This document shows positions 46,401 through 60,217 of a DNA stretch of 64,000 nucleotides, piece after piece. A model generated the notes under the pieces. It was not told where the DNA came from, did not search any database, and was given only the letters and a program-made list of their open reading frames with translations. This DNA comes from Cyanophora paradoxa CCMP329. Its lineage: Eukaryota > Plantae > Glaucophyta. Numbering within the stretch: the stretch's first letter is position 1; the number at the start of each line of letters is the position of its first letter. The stretch is taken from contig QPMI01000553.1 of assembly GCA_004431415.1 (NCBI GenBank), positions 248,001 to 312,000 on the forward strand, in the 5' to 3' direction. Both the position numbers and the translations under genes were made by a program.

Positions 46401-49400
46401 ACTGATCTCGAAGGCCGGGCGAAGTTCCGGAGTGAACGTCAGAGACTCATCGACCCTTGAGACTGCCTTGAAGTACCTGCATGCGGTCGCGATCACGGAA
46501 AGAAATTAAAGCAAATGAAAGTCGACGGCGCGGCAACGGCAACGATCGCGGGGCATGCAGATGCACGCACGGGGAGTTCTTCAGGTCTGCCAGGATCGGC
46601 TCGCCGTTCGGGGCGGACCACGTCTGGACGGCGAGGGTCGGGTAGGCGTCGTAGGGGGAGGCCGACGACGTGCAGCGGGCGACGACGGTCTGCTTGTAGC
46701 AGAGCGTCTCGGAGGTTCCGGGGGGCGGCGAGACTGTGACCTGTGTTTGCACAATTCACAGATCACCTCTCCGAATCAGCGTTCGAATCGGCCAGGCGGG
46801 GGTACATTTACCTCCAACTTGACTGTAAGTTTTGGGTGAACAATGATGTTCAGCGGTACGTCTGCGTATTCGTACGGATCAGGCTCGCTATCTTAAATGT
46901 ACACGCGATCCAAGCACGCTTCTTCACCAGAGCAGCCGCAGCCGTTGCTCGCGCAGATGGACGCCGTGAGATTTTGCTTGCCGAGGGAAAAGACATCGGG
47001 GCTCGGCGTCATAACGTTGCTCGCCCCGGCTGGCACCAGGACCTTGCTTCCCGACTGCGGGGCTCTGAATTGAGCTTCGCGTTTTGAGAGATGGCCTAAT
47101 GCGGCTTAGGTGCGCCGGTGGAGTCATTTAAGACTCTGCCCTGCCGGGCAAGCCTTGCCTGTACTGAGTGTCCTTTATATGAGCTCTAACCGTCTATAGG
47201 GCTCGAATGTGCAATCGTTTTGCAATTGGGCCCGCATACCTTGAGGGAGTAGGAGAGGGGGAGGGCCTTCGCGAGGTTGAAGGGCGGCTTCCAGTTGGAG
47301 CACGTGACGGTGAAGGCCGTCTCCAGGTACGTGCCCTCCGCCGGCGAGACTGTGAGATTTCACTTGCCAATTTGGAGGGCACTGGAGCTCGGCGTCATCA
47401 CGTTGCTCGCCCCAGCAGGCACGAGGATCGTACTTCCCTGCTGCAAAGCCCCGAATTCAGCTTCGTGTTTAGACAGGGCTCGAGACGCAATCGTTTTGGG
47501 CCCGCATACCTTGAGGGAGTAGGAGAGGGGGAGGGCCTTCGCGAGGTTGAAGGGCGGCTTCCAGTTGGAGCACGTGATGGTGAAGGCCGTCTCCAGGTAC
47601 GTGCCCTCCGCCGGCGAGACTGTGCAGGTGCCCGGATCTTGAGACGCCGGCGGCCCGATCAGACGGAAGGTTTTGGTATCCGTCGTCGTAGGGAAGCTCA
47701 TGCCCCAATCGCTGGGGGCGGGCGCTGTCGCTGAGCAGGTCTGCCCAGTGGGGGCATCGTTAATATCGATGGTATCGAAGCGAAGAAAGGAAGAAGTACG
47801 GACCATAGTATAGAGTTTGTCTGTACAGAAGGCAAATAAATAAACCTCAGCGTAAGAGTGCGCGTCGATCCGAAACAATGAGAGACATTATTTCAACTCA
47901 CTGTATTCGAAGGGCGAGGCAGATCCCGAAGCGAACGTTAGGGAATCGTCCACCAGCGAGACCGCCTTGTAGTAACTGGCCGTGTGGTCGAGTAAGGGCA
48001 GACTTTGAATGCGCGCGCATGCAAATTCATTACGTATGCGCACGGCAAGGAGTTTTTGTCGAAGGCGAGAGCTTGCGACACGCCGTCCGACGCGGTCCAG
48101 TTTTGTGACGCGAATTTAGAATAATCCGGGTAGTTCGAGGAGGACGTGCAGCGGGCGACGAGGGTCTGGTCGGCGCAAACTTCTTCCAGGCCCCCTGGCG
48201 GCGTGACTGTGACCTGCGCACGCGTTTCAGGCACGCCGAAATGCGTGCACGTGCGCTTCCAGCCCATTCTGGTAGATCGAGTCAGCCAGGACGGGTTGCA
48301 TTTACCTCCAACTTGACTGTGTGTGATGGATTAACGGTGATGCTCAGCGGGACGTCTGCGTATAAATACGAATCAGGATCGTACACGCGATTTAAGCAAG
48401 AGTCTTCATGATCACCAGAGCAGCCGCAGCCGTTGCTTGCGCAGATAGAGACCGTGAGATTTCGCTTGCCAATTTGGAGGGCACTGGAGCTCGGCGTCAT
48501 CACGTTGCTCGCCCCAGCAGGCACGAGGATCGTACTTCCCTGCTGCAAAGCCCCGAATTCAGCTTCGTGTTTAGACAGGGCTCGAGACGCAATCGTTTTG
48601 GGCCCGCATACCTTGAGGGAGTAGGAGAGGGGGAGGGCCTTCGCGAGGTTGAAGGGCGGCTTCCAGTTGGAGCACGTGATGGTGAAGGCCGTCTCCAGGT
48701 ACGTGCCCTCCGCCGGCGAGACTGTGCAGGTGCCCGGATCTTGAGACGCCGGCGGCCCGATCAGACGGAAGGATATTTTAGCCGAAGTAGCCGCAGGAAT
48801 GTTAACGCTCCAATCTTGAGGATCGACCGCTGTCGCTGAGCAGTTCTGCACGGGTACCGGTGGTGGGTCCATTGGTGGTATCCGAAAACAACGTCGGACG
48901 AAGTACGGACCATAGTATAGAGTTTGTCTGTACAAAAAAGTACATGAAATGAATCTCAGCGTCAGCATCTACGTATATGCCCAAACCCATAAGCAAATTT
49001 TTCTCGACTCACTGTACTCGAAGGGCGGGGCAGATCCCGAAGCGAACGTTAGGGAATTGTCCACCAGCGAAACCTGCTTGTAGTAGCTGGCCATGTGGTC
49101 GAGTTATTGCAGATTAAAATGTACGCGCTCGCTAACTGAACGCTCACGGGAAAGAGTTGCTGTCGAATACGAGATCTTTTGACACGCCGTCCGAAACCAT
49201 CCACTTGTGTTGTGCATACCAGATATAGCCTAACCATTCCGGGTAGTTTACGGCAGAGGACGTGCAGCGAGCGACAAGGGTCTGGTCGGCGCAAACTTCT
49301 TCCAGGCCCCCTGGCGGCGTGACTGTGACCTGCGCACGCGTTTCAGGCACGCCGAAATGCGTGCGCGTGCGCTTCTTGCAGTTGATCATGATGATAACTA

Positions 49401-52400
49401 TAGTTAGAAGAAGCGCACCTCCAGATTCGCTTCTTTCACGCTAGTGGGAGGCGGCACGGTGCAGTTTACGGCCTTGAAATCCCTGCTGCTCTCGCGGTAT
49501 CCACCTGCGAGCGTGCACGGTCCCATTATCAGCCCTGAATCGGTCATGTGCGAACCCAGACGTCGACGCGGTCTTACCAAAGCGATCTAGACCAGCTGCG
49601 TGCAGCTATGTACAGGGCCCATACAGAACCTACCCGGATTACGAGGATGTTGTAGCCGTACGGCGTGAGACGCTCGGTCGCTTTGGTACCATCCGGATTC
49701 GTCCATTTGACCTTGTAGTCGATTCCAATCGGGTCAGGCTTGGGGGCTGCGCGCGTTGGAGTAATCGGATGTCATTCATGTTGAAGCAATCGCAATCGGC
49801 TGGGAAAACGAAAACAAAGCTTTCCGGACCGTGCCAGCGCTGGAAATCTGGAAATGTGAAAGGCTTCAACTGAGGACGCTCGCGAACTGTGCATGCGCAG
49901 CTGGAGTTGCGCACCTGTCCAGTTCTTCGCGCGAGATTCCGTGAGCACGTAAGCGAACTGGATGCTCAGCCCGTCCTTTCCGACCAGAAAAGCCGAGTGC
50001 CGCTTTGTCCAGTCGAACCAGAGCGTGAGGAGATCGTTGGCGATGTTCTCGTAGCCGATCGCTGTCTTTGCTGCGTCGAGTTTGACTTTGAAGGGATCGT
50101 TCAGGATCTCAGTGTTGGCGGGTCCCCAGCCGTTGGCAGTGTTCCAAGTATCAGGACTGAAACCGAGCCCCACCTGCGTTCTAGCATTGTGAAATCCCTG
50201 CTGACCTTCATCGTGGGCGAGCCTGCACAGGAATCAGCTTTCCCGATTCAACGAGAGCACGCGATTTGCGTACCCCACAAAGCAGCGGTCTTGATTGGTC
50301 ATGAGTGGCGCACACATAAGCAGGTCAGAGCGAGCTCGAGGGTGCGAGTGCGTTACGGCATGAGGAAGGAATTACCGAAAAGCAGCCCCTTTGCGCCTAT
50401 TGAAGCGACCGTGCCCTCGCCGTTGGCATTGTTCGGGTTTTTCGGTTGAGCGTAAACTTTGTTCTTTGTGACTGCAGGGATCAGAGCGAGAAGTACGTGA
50501 GACGAATGATCATGAATTCGGTGCTGTTCAATTTTGGCGGAGCTGACCGTGCATCTCTGCGCAGGCGAAATCAGCATTATCGGCTGCAGATGCCACTTTC
50601 AACCGTAGTCAGACGGCGATGCGCACCGCGCCGGGCTGGATTCTGTTTCGTGCTTGCATAGCGGTTCCAGGCCGGGTCCAAACCAAATCCGGTTTCGCGC
50701 CATGTTCTCGAGGGCCCCCAGTGTATATATCGGGAGTCTCCGCGATCGAGACCCTCAGGGATTTGCGCGGTATCGTTAATTCCAGCCAGAGTCCCTGTTG
50801 CGCGAATTCAATGAATTGAAAGAGCCCAGAACGAGCGCCGATGGCGCACCCTTTTGGTGATCGATGTCGGGGTCGATTTGACGGATGTAGTAATTGACTT
50901 TTTCGACGTCGAAGTTTTTCGGATTGTCGTTCCTGCGGAGGACTTGATATGAAACTTCTGAGCTCTCTACGGATCGAAGCTCACACGATTGTGTAATCGA
51001 CGTAGATCTCTAAGTTGTCCCCGTCCTCTCGGAAGAAGTATCTGAGCTTGAGTAAGATCCTCGAGCTCTCGATAAAAAGTAGAGCGCAGCACAAGTGAGG
51101 TCGGCGAGCGCAACGTGTGGGTATGCGTCATCATGCCACTGCCCATGTCGGTGAGAGATGATGGGATGACGTGCACCACCGTGATGCCGTCGTCCTCCAC
51201 AGTAACGTTCTTGATACCGATCTTACGCCTGCCAGCAGCGTCTGTGTTCAGCCCCACGACCAGCTCAATGTCTCCGACGTAACTGTTCTGCGTAACCGGT
51301 CTGGAATATGTATAACAAAGCCGAAAAGCGAACGATTGTTCTACGATGTCAGCGCACGAAGTAAGGGCCGATTTGATTCGTCTTCACATTAAGACCACCT
51401 CGAAAGTTCGTTCCCCATCCTGAGCGGAAAGGCGTGAGCAGCGTGCTTGGGCAGCAATTGGCGCGCCCTCGCCTCGAGCAGATCTAGAGCTAGTAAGGCA
51501 GAGTATGCAATCATCATCAACTATAGGTTATATATGGTTATCGTCAGGCTTTCAGCAGACTCGAGGTACCCTCGAGCAGACTCCAGGTAACCCTTTAGAC
51601 TCCACAGGCTCCGGACTGCAGCAGATACCTTCGATTGCTTTTCCAGGCGTCTGGAGTTACCGAATTCGTATTTCGGAAACGAAACCGGTTTAGAGAATAC
51701 GCATGCATCAGCTCGAAGGTAAGAATACGCACAATGAAGTCCTGCGTATTAAAAGTTGGATTCACGGATTCAATCGCACGCTGACAGATAACGGCGATTC
51801 ATGGATGTGAACACGCACCCCGCAGTAGGCCATTTGCCTGCGAAGTTCACAAAAGCGATCAGGCTGACTTCAAGTTTGAATATTCTTGCAGACGCCGCAC
51901 CTTCCCGTCCTGCAACCCTTTCCGGATTTGGAGCACCGACCGTCCGCTTCGGGCTCCACGTCCTCGATGAAGTCATCGTACTCTTCGTGCGAGCGATAAG
52001 ACGGCGGCCACGTGCACGCTCTCTAGTTCAAAAAAGTGTACAGCTCACCAGGCCACGTGTTCCACTGCACGTGTTTCGATAGGACCAGGGAAAGAGCACT
52101 TCAGCGTTAGCGCTGCGCATAAAATAGATTGAAAAGTGGAAGGAACACGGTCACCCCGTCTTTGTCAATATCCACGAACAGTCCGTGAGCAGGTTGGCGA
52201 TCATACGTCCAACCGAGCGGGTAGCCGTCCGGAATCGGACCGACAGTGCCCAGCGATCCGGAGCGGGAATTGATGGCGGTCATGATATACTTTCCGACGA
52301 CCATGTAGTCCACGTGGTCGAACTCGACTTGTCCCTTCGTCATTTTCCATGGCTGGAGGGGATAAGCACCGCGCTCCGGCACGGTAACGCCTGCGAGTAA

Positions 52401-55157
52401 AAAAAGTCATGATCAAGCGGCAGAGAAAAGATATCAACGCGAGACAGTTTCAGACCCATGTGTCCGCGGATTTCAAAAAGCGGGCTGCAGAGACAACGTC
52501 ATCAGTTTTCATTGTAGGAAAACTCGTACTCCACAACTGACCGGTATTCCCCGTGCTCGCCATTTACGCACAATCTTTCCAAGCCATGTATCAGAGGGTT
52601 TCTGTGAAGTTCAAAAGCAGCTGATCAAGCCTACCTTTCTTCGGTGCCCCAGGCTGTGGTCGCTGGATCGGCTGGCAATGGCTGCAGCATTCTTGCCCAT
52701 AGAGATTGGATAGCATCTGTGTTGTACACCTCCACTTTTGGATACGAGTAGTAGAGCTCGCTGCGGCAGGTTAGCGAATCCGGAATAAAAGATAGCCAGA
52801 GATTGAATACCCCAGTGAGTGGCCCTGCGAATGCACGCAATTGCAAGTTCAATTGCAAGTTAATCATGACATGCAACATCAAATATTAATCAATGAATCA
52901 ATAAAAAAAGGAATCACCAGCCACCGAGGGTACTTGAGCAAGATTGTGTCAGAACACGGGAGGTGAGAGGGCGAAGTTGCGTTGCGATCACGAGAGCAGT
53001 GCTCACCGAACCACCTCCCGCGTACTTTCCGGACCTGCGAAATGCCTTTTCGAGAACTGTGCTCGGGCTTGGAAGCGGTTCGCCGGAAGGACTTGCAAGG
53101 TCGGTGACTCGTCTGATTTCGTACAGTTCGCGCTGGCTAGTCCACGCGTAAGCCTCAATCGATTGGGCTCCGAAACAGCACAGCAAACGAACCCCAAGTA
53201 ATGCAACCGACCGCGGTCCGCGCCCCCCTTAGTTGGAGCATGGTGCCGGTACCACGTGGGGTCGGCAAGCGACGTCATCTGAACGGAAGCTCGCGCGATG
53301 CCGGATTCCGGAAAGCGAAATGATGCTATAGTTGCAGGGGTAACCACGTACCGAGAAGCGAGCTGCAGCACGCATCAGTAAGGCCGCGTTCAGTGACGTC
53401 GAACGATAATATCAATTGCAAGATAGAGAACACGGAGCGCACCCCCCGGTTCGACGCGCTTGATGCTGTATCCGCGGGGCAGTTCCCGTGAGCGGACTCT
53501 CGTTCACAATGAGTATCATTCAGAGACGCACCGGAGGCACCACTGGAAATGCGATTGAACGAGTCATTAACAGATTGCGGCTCAAAACGCTCAAAGTTTG
53601 TCTGACCGCATAATTCAGGGTAATCGGCTGATTGCACTTCACGTAAACATCGATAGTTTTCGACGTCGTGTCTGCGCTCGTGCATAAAACCACTCGCGGC
53701 AAGCTTGAAGTATATGTGTGGGCTGATTACTCGCCAATATCGGCCTCAGTGATTGTAGCTTCCCCGCACGTGGCGAAGACCTCGAATTGCCCGACGCGAA
53801 CTTTGTCCTTGGGAAATTTGTAAGCCCATAGCGTGTTTCCAGCGAGAAAGTTGATATGTTCATCAATCCTGGACCCCACGCTCATCGGAAAAGTAAATCC
53901 ATCGCCCACATTCGACCGCACGAAATCAACCTGACAGCGTCGTCATTCCGTCAATGGCTCTCAAAGTCGATTCTCCAATCATAGGGATATTTGAAGGCAC
54001 CCTATATGTGTGCGAGAAAGTCGCCGAGTTGTCGTAGCCCGAACTTGTGGACGCCCCCGGAAAATTTCTAACCCACAGGAATTCGAATTCAACGGGAAGC
54101 GCATGCGCATCGCTGAATTACGTGCATACGAGCAAAAAATGACAGTAAGAAATACCTATACTTGTCCGGATGAAATGTTCTGCACGTGGGGCAAGTTTTG
54201 AGCTGAAGAGCGCATACCCATTATATGTTATGTATGTGAAGAAGCTCACGTAAAGTAGACACTAGTAGCGTTCATCGGCGTGTTCATATACTTTTGGCTG
54301 AATTCGAAGGGGCGTCACTCAGAGATGGGAGACTTTAAGAGACACGGTACGATTTACACACCACCAATACCACTCCTCTGCAGACCGCGGGACACGCATT
54401 AGGCGACACGCATATTCGGGGGTGCGGAACGCGAGTACGCACTCATGGGCCCTCTGTGCGCGTTGAAGCCTCCGCCGCCTGTGATAGCGTTGGGTGCTGG
54501 ATATTGCGACGTCAGGTCACCCGCCTTCCAGCAATTGATGTTCTCGAAGCCCTGCTGCCTGTTCGCATCCACGACACCAGGGGTACCGGGCGGCTCAAAG
54601 TAGTTGCCAGCTCGCTGGATATCTGATCGTGACCGTGAGGGATGCAACGTAGATTCCTGCAGCTGCTTCTTCGGAAGCTCTCATGATCAGTGCGCACGAA
54701 TGTAAGGTAGAGAGTAATTTGTGGTCGTGACATCATTCCTTATAGTGGTTCCGTCCCAATTCTTCGGTAGGGGCAAGGAACCGGCGCCTCCCTTCGTGCC
54801 ATCCCCCTTCACGTACGTCGTGAGGATGGGCTTGTCGCCAGGCTGCCCGTCGGAGAAGCGGATTCCGGGGCGACCCTGGATGCCGCTGCGACATCGATGC
54901 GCGAGCTTAGCTTCGGGATGCTACGCCTGGATACTAATTCCAGGGCCCGGGGCGCATGCGCACACGGGGCCCATGTCTCTAGCCGTGCGGGGGTCGTCCC
55001 CCGCCGCAGCATACGCGACGGATGCAGAGAGAACAAACGCCGAAGTCACGATCGCTATCGATATGGCGACCAGGACGACTGAGGCCGGGACCGGGGCCGG
55101 CCGCCGGCCGCCAGGGCGGATGATCGGGCGGGAGCTGGGCGCGCTCGAGCTCGCCAT
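43467..55157 (-). pseudogene. 5' part of the host gene: signal peptide, large ectodomain, 4-5 Cys-rich REJ/PKD-like repeats, Gly-rich linker; many short introns
   Basis: ATG 55157 followed by hydrophobic VVLVAISIAIVTSAFVLSASVAYAA; repeats FRLIGPPAS.DPGTC.VSP.EG..L.T.F..TCS.W..P....LPLSYSL (REJ-like); (GGT)n linker at 44520-44610; in-frame TGA at 47360-47362. Exact exon structure was not fully resolved. Confidence 0.7.
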
Positions 55158-57656
55158 GAGCTCGAGCGTGCGCGCCGGATTCCCGCGGCCGACGTAAATC
55201 TTCTGAGGCTCTACGCGTATACCGACCCAGCCGCGCTGCCTGGCTGATTCCGAATCCGGCGCGCGCGCGCACCGTGGCACGCGCCTACTAGGCTATAACT
55301 ATCAGGCTATAGCTATACTATGCTGCTATAGCCTCTAGCAGAGTCCGACCGTCGGACGGTCACCGGCCCATGACACCGGGTGGTCCGGGTCTCAGGACTA
55401 ACTGTCAGTAGTACCGGTAACTGCATGAGCCTCGGAGTCAGGCGGAGTCACTGGACCGGCCGCGGGAGCCTGAGGATCGGACCGGGGGTCCGGGAGTCCG
55501 GGAGGACCGGGACCCACTGGGCCAGGTTTACAAGTTAATTTCAAGTTCCCGACGGTTTAATTTCCGAACGCTACGAGTTATCATATGGGACTTATCACAC
55601 ATAGTATATAATTAGGCGCAGTTTCCGCCATACAAACCTTTTTCCTTGACTCAGTGAGTCAAGTCGATTGACTAAAACTTGAAACTCGGCCGAGTTTTTA
55701 GACTGGGAACACTTTTTTTTTAGCGGAACTTCAATATTTAATATTTTAATGCTGCCGAACTTCGCTGAGCCCGGGCTCGAGTCGAACTTCCGAAGTGAGG
55801 CTACTAGCTGAGCTTCGGAAACGCGGCCCCCGGGCCGGGGCCCCGGCCCCCGGCCCCCGGGCCGGGCCCCGCCGGGCCGGGCCCGGCCCCCGGCCGCGGC
55901 CGCGGGCCCCGGCCCCGGGCCCCGGGCCCCGGCCCCGGGGCGGCGGGCCGCGCACTGCGGCACGCGGCGGCCGGCGCCCGAGCCTCGGAGGGCCGCGGCC
56001 CGCTGGGGCGCTGCCCAATCCTAAGATTCCTAACTATAGTAACTGTCAGTACGGTAGTATTTGTTTTTGGGTACGGTAGTAACTGCTACGTATATAGTAT
56101 ATACTATGAGATATATAAAAAAGTAAAGCCAGCCAGCCGCCAGTGCCCGCCACTGGCCCGCCAGCGGTTCGGCCGCCGCGCGTGAGTGGTCATTGGTGTT
56201 CATTAGGATTGGCCCGGCCGCCGAAACGGCGCCTAATTATAAAACAAAATATTAAGGTCTGTGCTTTAATTATTATGTCGCCCCGAAATTATGTCGCCTC
56301 AGATAGATGTGAGATAACGACATAATTAATATTTGGTGCGGCAATGGTGCCGTGACACTGCCGTCATAGTAGGGCACGCGTATATACGTAGTGGTACCCC
56401 AACAAATTTACCGTCCCATACAAGCCTGAAAATTTCATGCCGACATAATTTGGGGACGTCATATTTCGCATAGATCGAGAAGGATCGGGTTTTAAAACGA
56501 CATAAATTTGCATGACATAATATTGTGTTTTACGGTAGATTCTGTCATTCGATTCTGATGTTCCAACGGTTTTTCGTACATTTGCGCACGATACGTATAC
56601 GTACATTACTTTTAATTTCAAATAATTTGCAACGCTCACTGCAGCTGATTCGTCGCTTTCCGGCCTTCCGATAGGCCAGCCGCAAATTCCTGAAGTCCTG
56701 CGTAAAGACCGCTTTTGCAAACTTGAAAGTGAACCGTCCGACGGTCAAGTCCCGACTCCCAACTCCCGAGTCCAGCCGAAGACTGGGCCCGAAGTGAGCT
56801 TTGCTTTTGCAAATCAAGCCAGCGGAGTTAGGTCGAGCTGCACCAAGCCAGACCAAGCCGCCCTGGCCGCTAGACCGGCGCTGGTACCGGTACCATAGTA
56901 ACTGGCAAGCCGCTGGCAAGCCAGCTGAATTCTCAGGGCCGCCTAGCGGCTAGGGCCAGCCCCGGTGCAAGCTTTCGAAATTTTGGGCCAGCGCTAGCCC
57001 CAGTGCAAGCTTCTAGCCCCGACGGCCAGTGCCCTACGGTCCCTACCTATACTTGGTCCTATAATTAATCATATAAAGAAAGAAAATTTTCAAAAAAAAG
57101 TGTGCAACCGTTCGGCCGCGGGCATGCGCAATCGCACACTGCACGGAAACGATTTAGGCATTTTAATTGATGCATCAAGTGCCATCAATTGCAACTGGGG
57201 GTGCATCCGTGACACTGTGACAGAACGCTAAGAAACTACCCTTGAACTAGGGGTGGGGCTCGAGCCCAAATCGCCCGCTCGAGCCGAGCTCGAGCCGGGA
57301 CCCCTCGAGCCGCGAACCGGCTCGAGCCGGCTCAAGGTGGGGGGTACACAGTCCTTACCCTATATAATATTCGATATATATAATAAAAAACTATATAAAA
57401 TAGCCAGGTTCTCAAAGTCCCTACGCCCTGTCATAGCATGTGGGGCCTTCGACACAGATTTTCCCGAGGCGTAGGGGGTGGGGCTCTTGAGGGGTGGGTG
57501 TGGACCCGGGGGGATGTGGCATCAGGAACAAGTTGATGGAAAAAAAAGCATGAGTATCATTTCGAATCGATAATTAAGCAAGAAATTACGAAAGGGGGGG
57601 GGGGGGGGGAATCCAAATTCACGCTGTCGATGGGAATGGAATCAGATCCTGCACTA

Positions 57657-58440
57657 GCTCTCGCGGACTGCACAAGCCCCGAGCTCTCGCGAACTGCACA
57701 AGCCCCGAGCTCTCGCGGACTGCACCCCGCGGGCATCTGCGCGCTGATAGCTCAGAGATAGTTGCGAGAGCCGCCCGGCCGCGCCGCCGGCTCACCTGGC
57801 CATGGCCCGAAGAGCGAGCGAGGCCCGCCGGACGAGCCCCGAGCTTTCGATCCGCTTCGGCGCCCTGCGGGCTGCGGGCGCGCGCCACGGAGGGCGTCTG
57901 CGAGCGGATATCTCAGAGATAGTTGCTAGAGCCGTCCGGCCGTGCAGCCAGCTCACCTGGCCCGAAGAGCGAGGCCCGCCGGAAGGACCCCGAGCTTTCG
58001 GTGCGCTTGGGCGCTCTGCGGACTCCGAGCGCGCGCTACGGAGGACATCTGCGCGCTGATAGATCAGAGATCGTTGCGATAGCCTTCCGGCCGCGCCGCT
58101 GGCTCACCTGGCCCAAAGAGCGAGGCCCGCCGGACGAGCCCCGAGCTCTCGATCCGCTTGGGCGCCCTGCGGGCTGCGAGCGCGCGCTACGGAGGGCATC
58201 TGCGGGTGGATATCTAAGAGACCGTTGCGAGAGCCGCCCGGCTGCGCAGCCAGCTCACCTGGCCATGGCCCAAAGAGCGAGGCCCGTCGGATGAGCCCCG
58301 AGCTTTCGATGCGCTTGAGCGCCCTGCGGACTGCGGGCGCGCGCTGCGAAGGGCAACTGCGGGCGGATATCTCAGAGATCGACGCGAGAGCCATTCGGCC
58401 GCGCCGCCGGCTCACCTGGCTCAAAGAGCGAGGCCCGCCG
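57657..58440. repeat. 26-bp x2.6 repeat followed by ~150-160-bp diverged tandem repeat (~4.6 copies)
   Basis: GCTCTCGCG(G/A)ACTGCACAAGCCCCGA; GG(G/A)CxxCTGC...TCAGAGAT...GCTCACCTGG units at about 57731, 57892, 58043, 58194 and 58351. Confidence 0.85.
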
Positions 58441-59696
58441 TCTGTGAAGGAACCCGTGAGACTTCAAGTGAACGTGCCGGGCGGGGCGAGCGCACCATGC
58501 ACGATGTGAAGAAGACAGTCTTAAGTGAGCACTTGCCGTCCGGGGGGATTGATAGCCCCAGGCAGGGCGAGCTTTTTCAGTTCGCCTGAATCGGACGTCC
58601 CACTGCGGCTAGCGCGGTCAGGGCGGCCAGCGCAGAGCGATCCAAGCAATAGCGTACAGCGATCTTCAAGGAGCTGATCGTCTATCCAGGCCGGCCAGTG
58701 AGCCAGAGGCGCACGATGGGAGTGTTCAAGCTCTGCGCGGTCCGTGAACGCGGCGCAGGACCGGCAGCGGAGCGAGAGGAATGAGCGGATCGGGAGGAAT
58801 GAACGATGTTGCGAGCCGCGGTGCGGGCGCGATGTCAGCCGCGGGCGCAGAGCTCGAGGAATTCACCTGAAGGCGCTCTCTTCCGACCGGCGCCCGGCCC
58901 CGAAAGGAAACAGAACTGTGCTGCTGCCTCGCGAATGCGTCTGCTGTGCGCTGCAGCTGCAGACTGCGCTTTACGAGCAGCTGTGGGCCCCCGTTGCGTA
59001 TACCCCCCGCGGGTTTTTTTGGATCCGCGGTTCGAACGCGGCCCGAATTCGAATGCCAGCGCGAGTTAAGGCCTCGCGCGCGGTCGGGAGTTGAAAAACG
59101 CATGCGCGAGCATTTTCGGGTGCCCGGCGGCGCGCTCCGGCGACATGCATGGACTTGCATATGCACGATGTATGTCCCCGTTCTCGGCTGCCGGGCGAGC
59201 TACGGGCTCGCCGCGAGCTCGAGCGCGTAGAGGAGGCCGTTCCCGGTTGTCTCCAACTCGTTCCGGCGGGCAATCCCGGTCGTGGCCGCAGGGAAACGGA
59301 TTTGACGAGGCGGCATATGAAGGGGTATATACGAGGGCCATCAATGGGCCAAACGCGAAAAGTCAACTCCGAGAGCTCGAGACTCGGAAGTGACGCTTGG
59401 ATTGCGGAGGTTCTTATAACCGCCGCAACAGCTGTGGGGGTACCCCTTCCGAGGCTGGCGATCGCGGCGATCACGAGCCGATCGCGACCCTGGTGATCGC
59501 GACTTTCTCCCGATCGCGACCCTTTTCGATCGCGATTTCGAGATCGGGGGCATTTCTGCGATCGCGAGAAAGGAAAAATCGGAAAAGGCCGAAAAGTGCG
59601 TTTTTCACGCGTGAAATCGACCCAAAACGAGGGTTCGAATCCCGGGGCCGGATTTGGACTTGGGCAAAATCTCGGGCTGAAATGGGAGAAAAATGC

Positions 59697-59738
59697 GACT
59701 TGGGACTTGGGACTTGGGACTTGGGACTTGGGACTTGG
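59697..59738 (+). repeat. (GACTTGG)6 heptamer array
   Basis: Direct reading. Confidence 0.95.
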
Positions 59739-59797
59739 GAAGAGTCGGAGTCAGAGTCTGGACTCAAAAGCGGGGAAATTTTCGGAAGGGGAGAAAA

Positions 59798-60217
59798 ATG
59801 GCAGACGAGCCCTATTACGATTTCCCCTTTGAGTTGAATATGGCATTCGAGAGGTTGCACGAGTTCTGGCGTTGGCACATCACAGGACATGACATCCCCG
59901 GAATAAGACCAGTGCCCAACACACAGGGCGTCCTCGAAATTGTCCGTCAATATCCGCGTCGATTCAATGAATGGATTGAGTTCCACGCGACGAACCGTTT
60001 CCAAAGTCTCCCCGAGGCCATACGCGAAAATTTCGTGAGGCTGGTGGGGCCAGGCTACGACAACCCTAACAATCATCGACACGTACCACATGAAGACAGG
60101 GCTATTGTTCGACGGGGACGGCGCATGCGACATCGCAGGGAGGCACGGAACGAGCGGACAGCCCTTCGCACCGGGGTAGGGCTCATCGAGAGGGAGGGGT
60201 ACAGCCCCGGGATGTAG
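59798..60217 (+). CDS. Hypothetical protein, 139 aa (MADEPYYDF...)
   Basis: AAAAATGG start, intronless, plausible composition. Confidence 0.55.
   Translation: MADEPYYDFPFELNMAFERLHEFWRWHITGHDIPGIRPVPNTQGVLEIVRQYPRRFNEWIEFHATNRFQSLPEAIRENFVRLVGPGYDNPNNHRHVPHEDRAIVRRGRRMRHRREARNERTALRTGVGLIEREGYSPGM

Noticed and set aside
55595-56079. Gly/Pro/Arg ORFs
   Set aside because: GC-rich low-complexity, quasi-palindromic tract.
59693-59797. LGTWDLG peptide repeats (also 61767-62314)
   Set aside because: Translation of the non-coding heptamer arrays.
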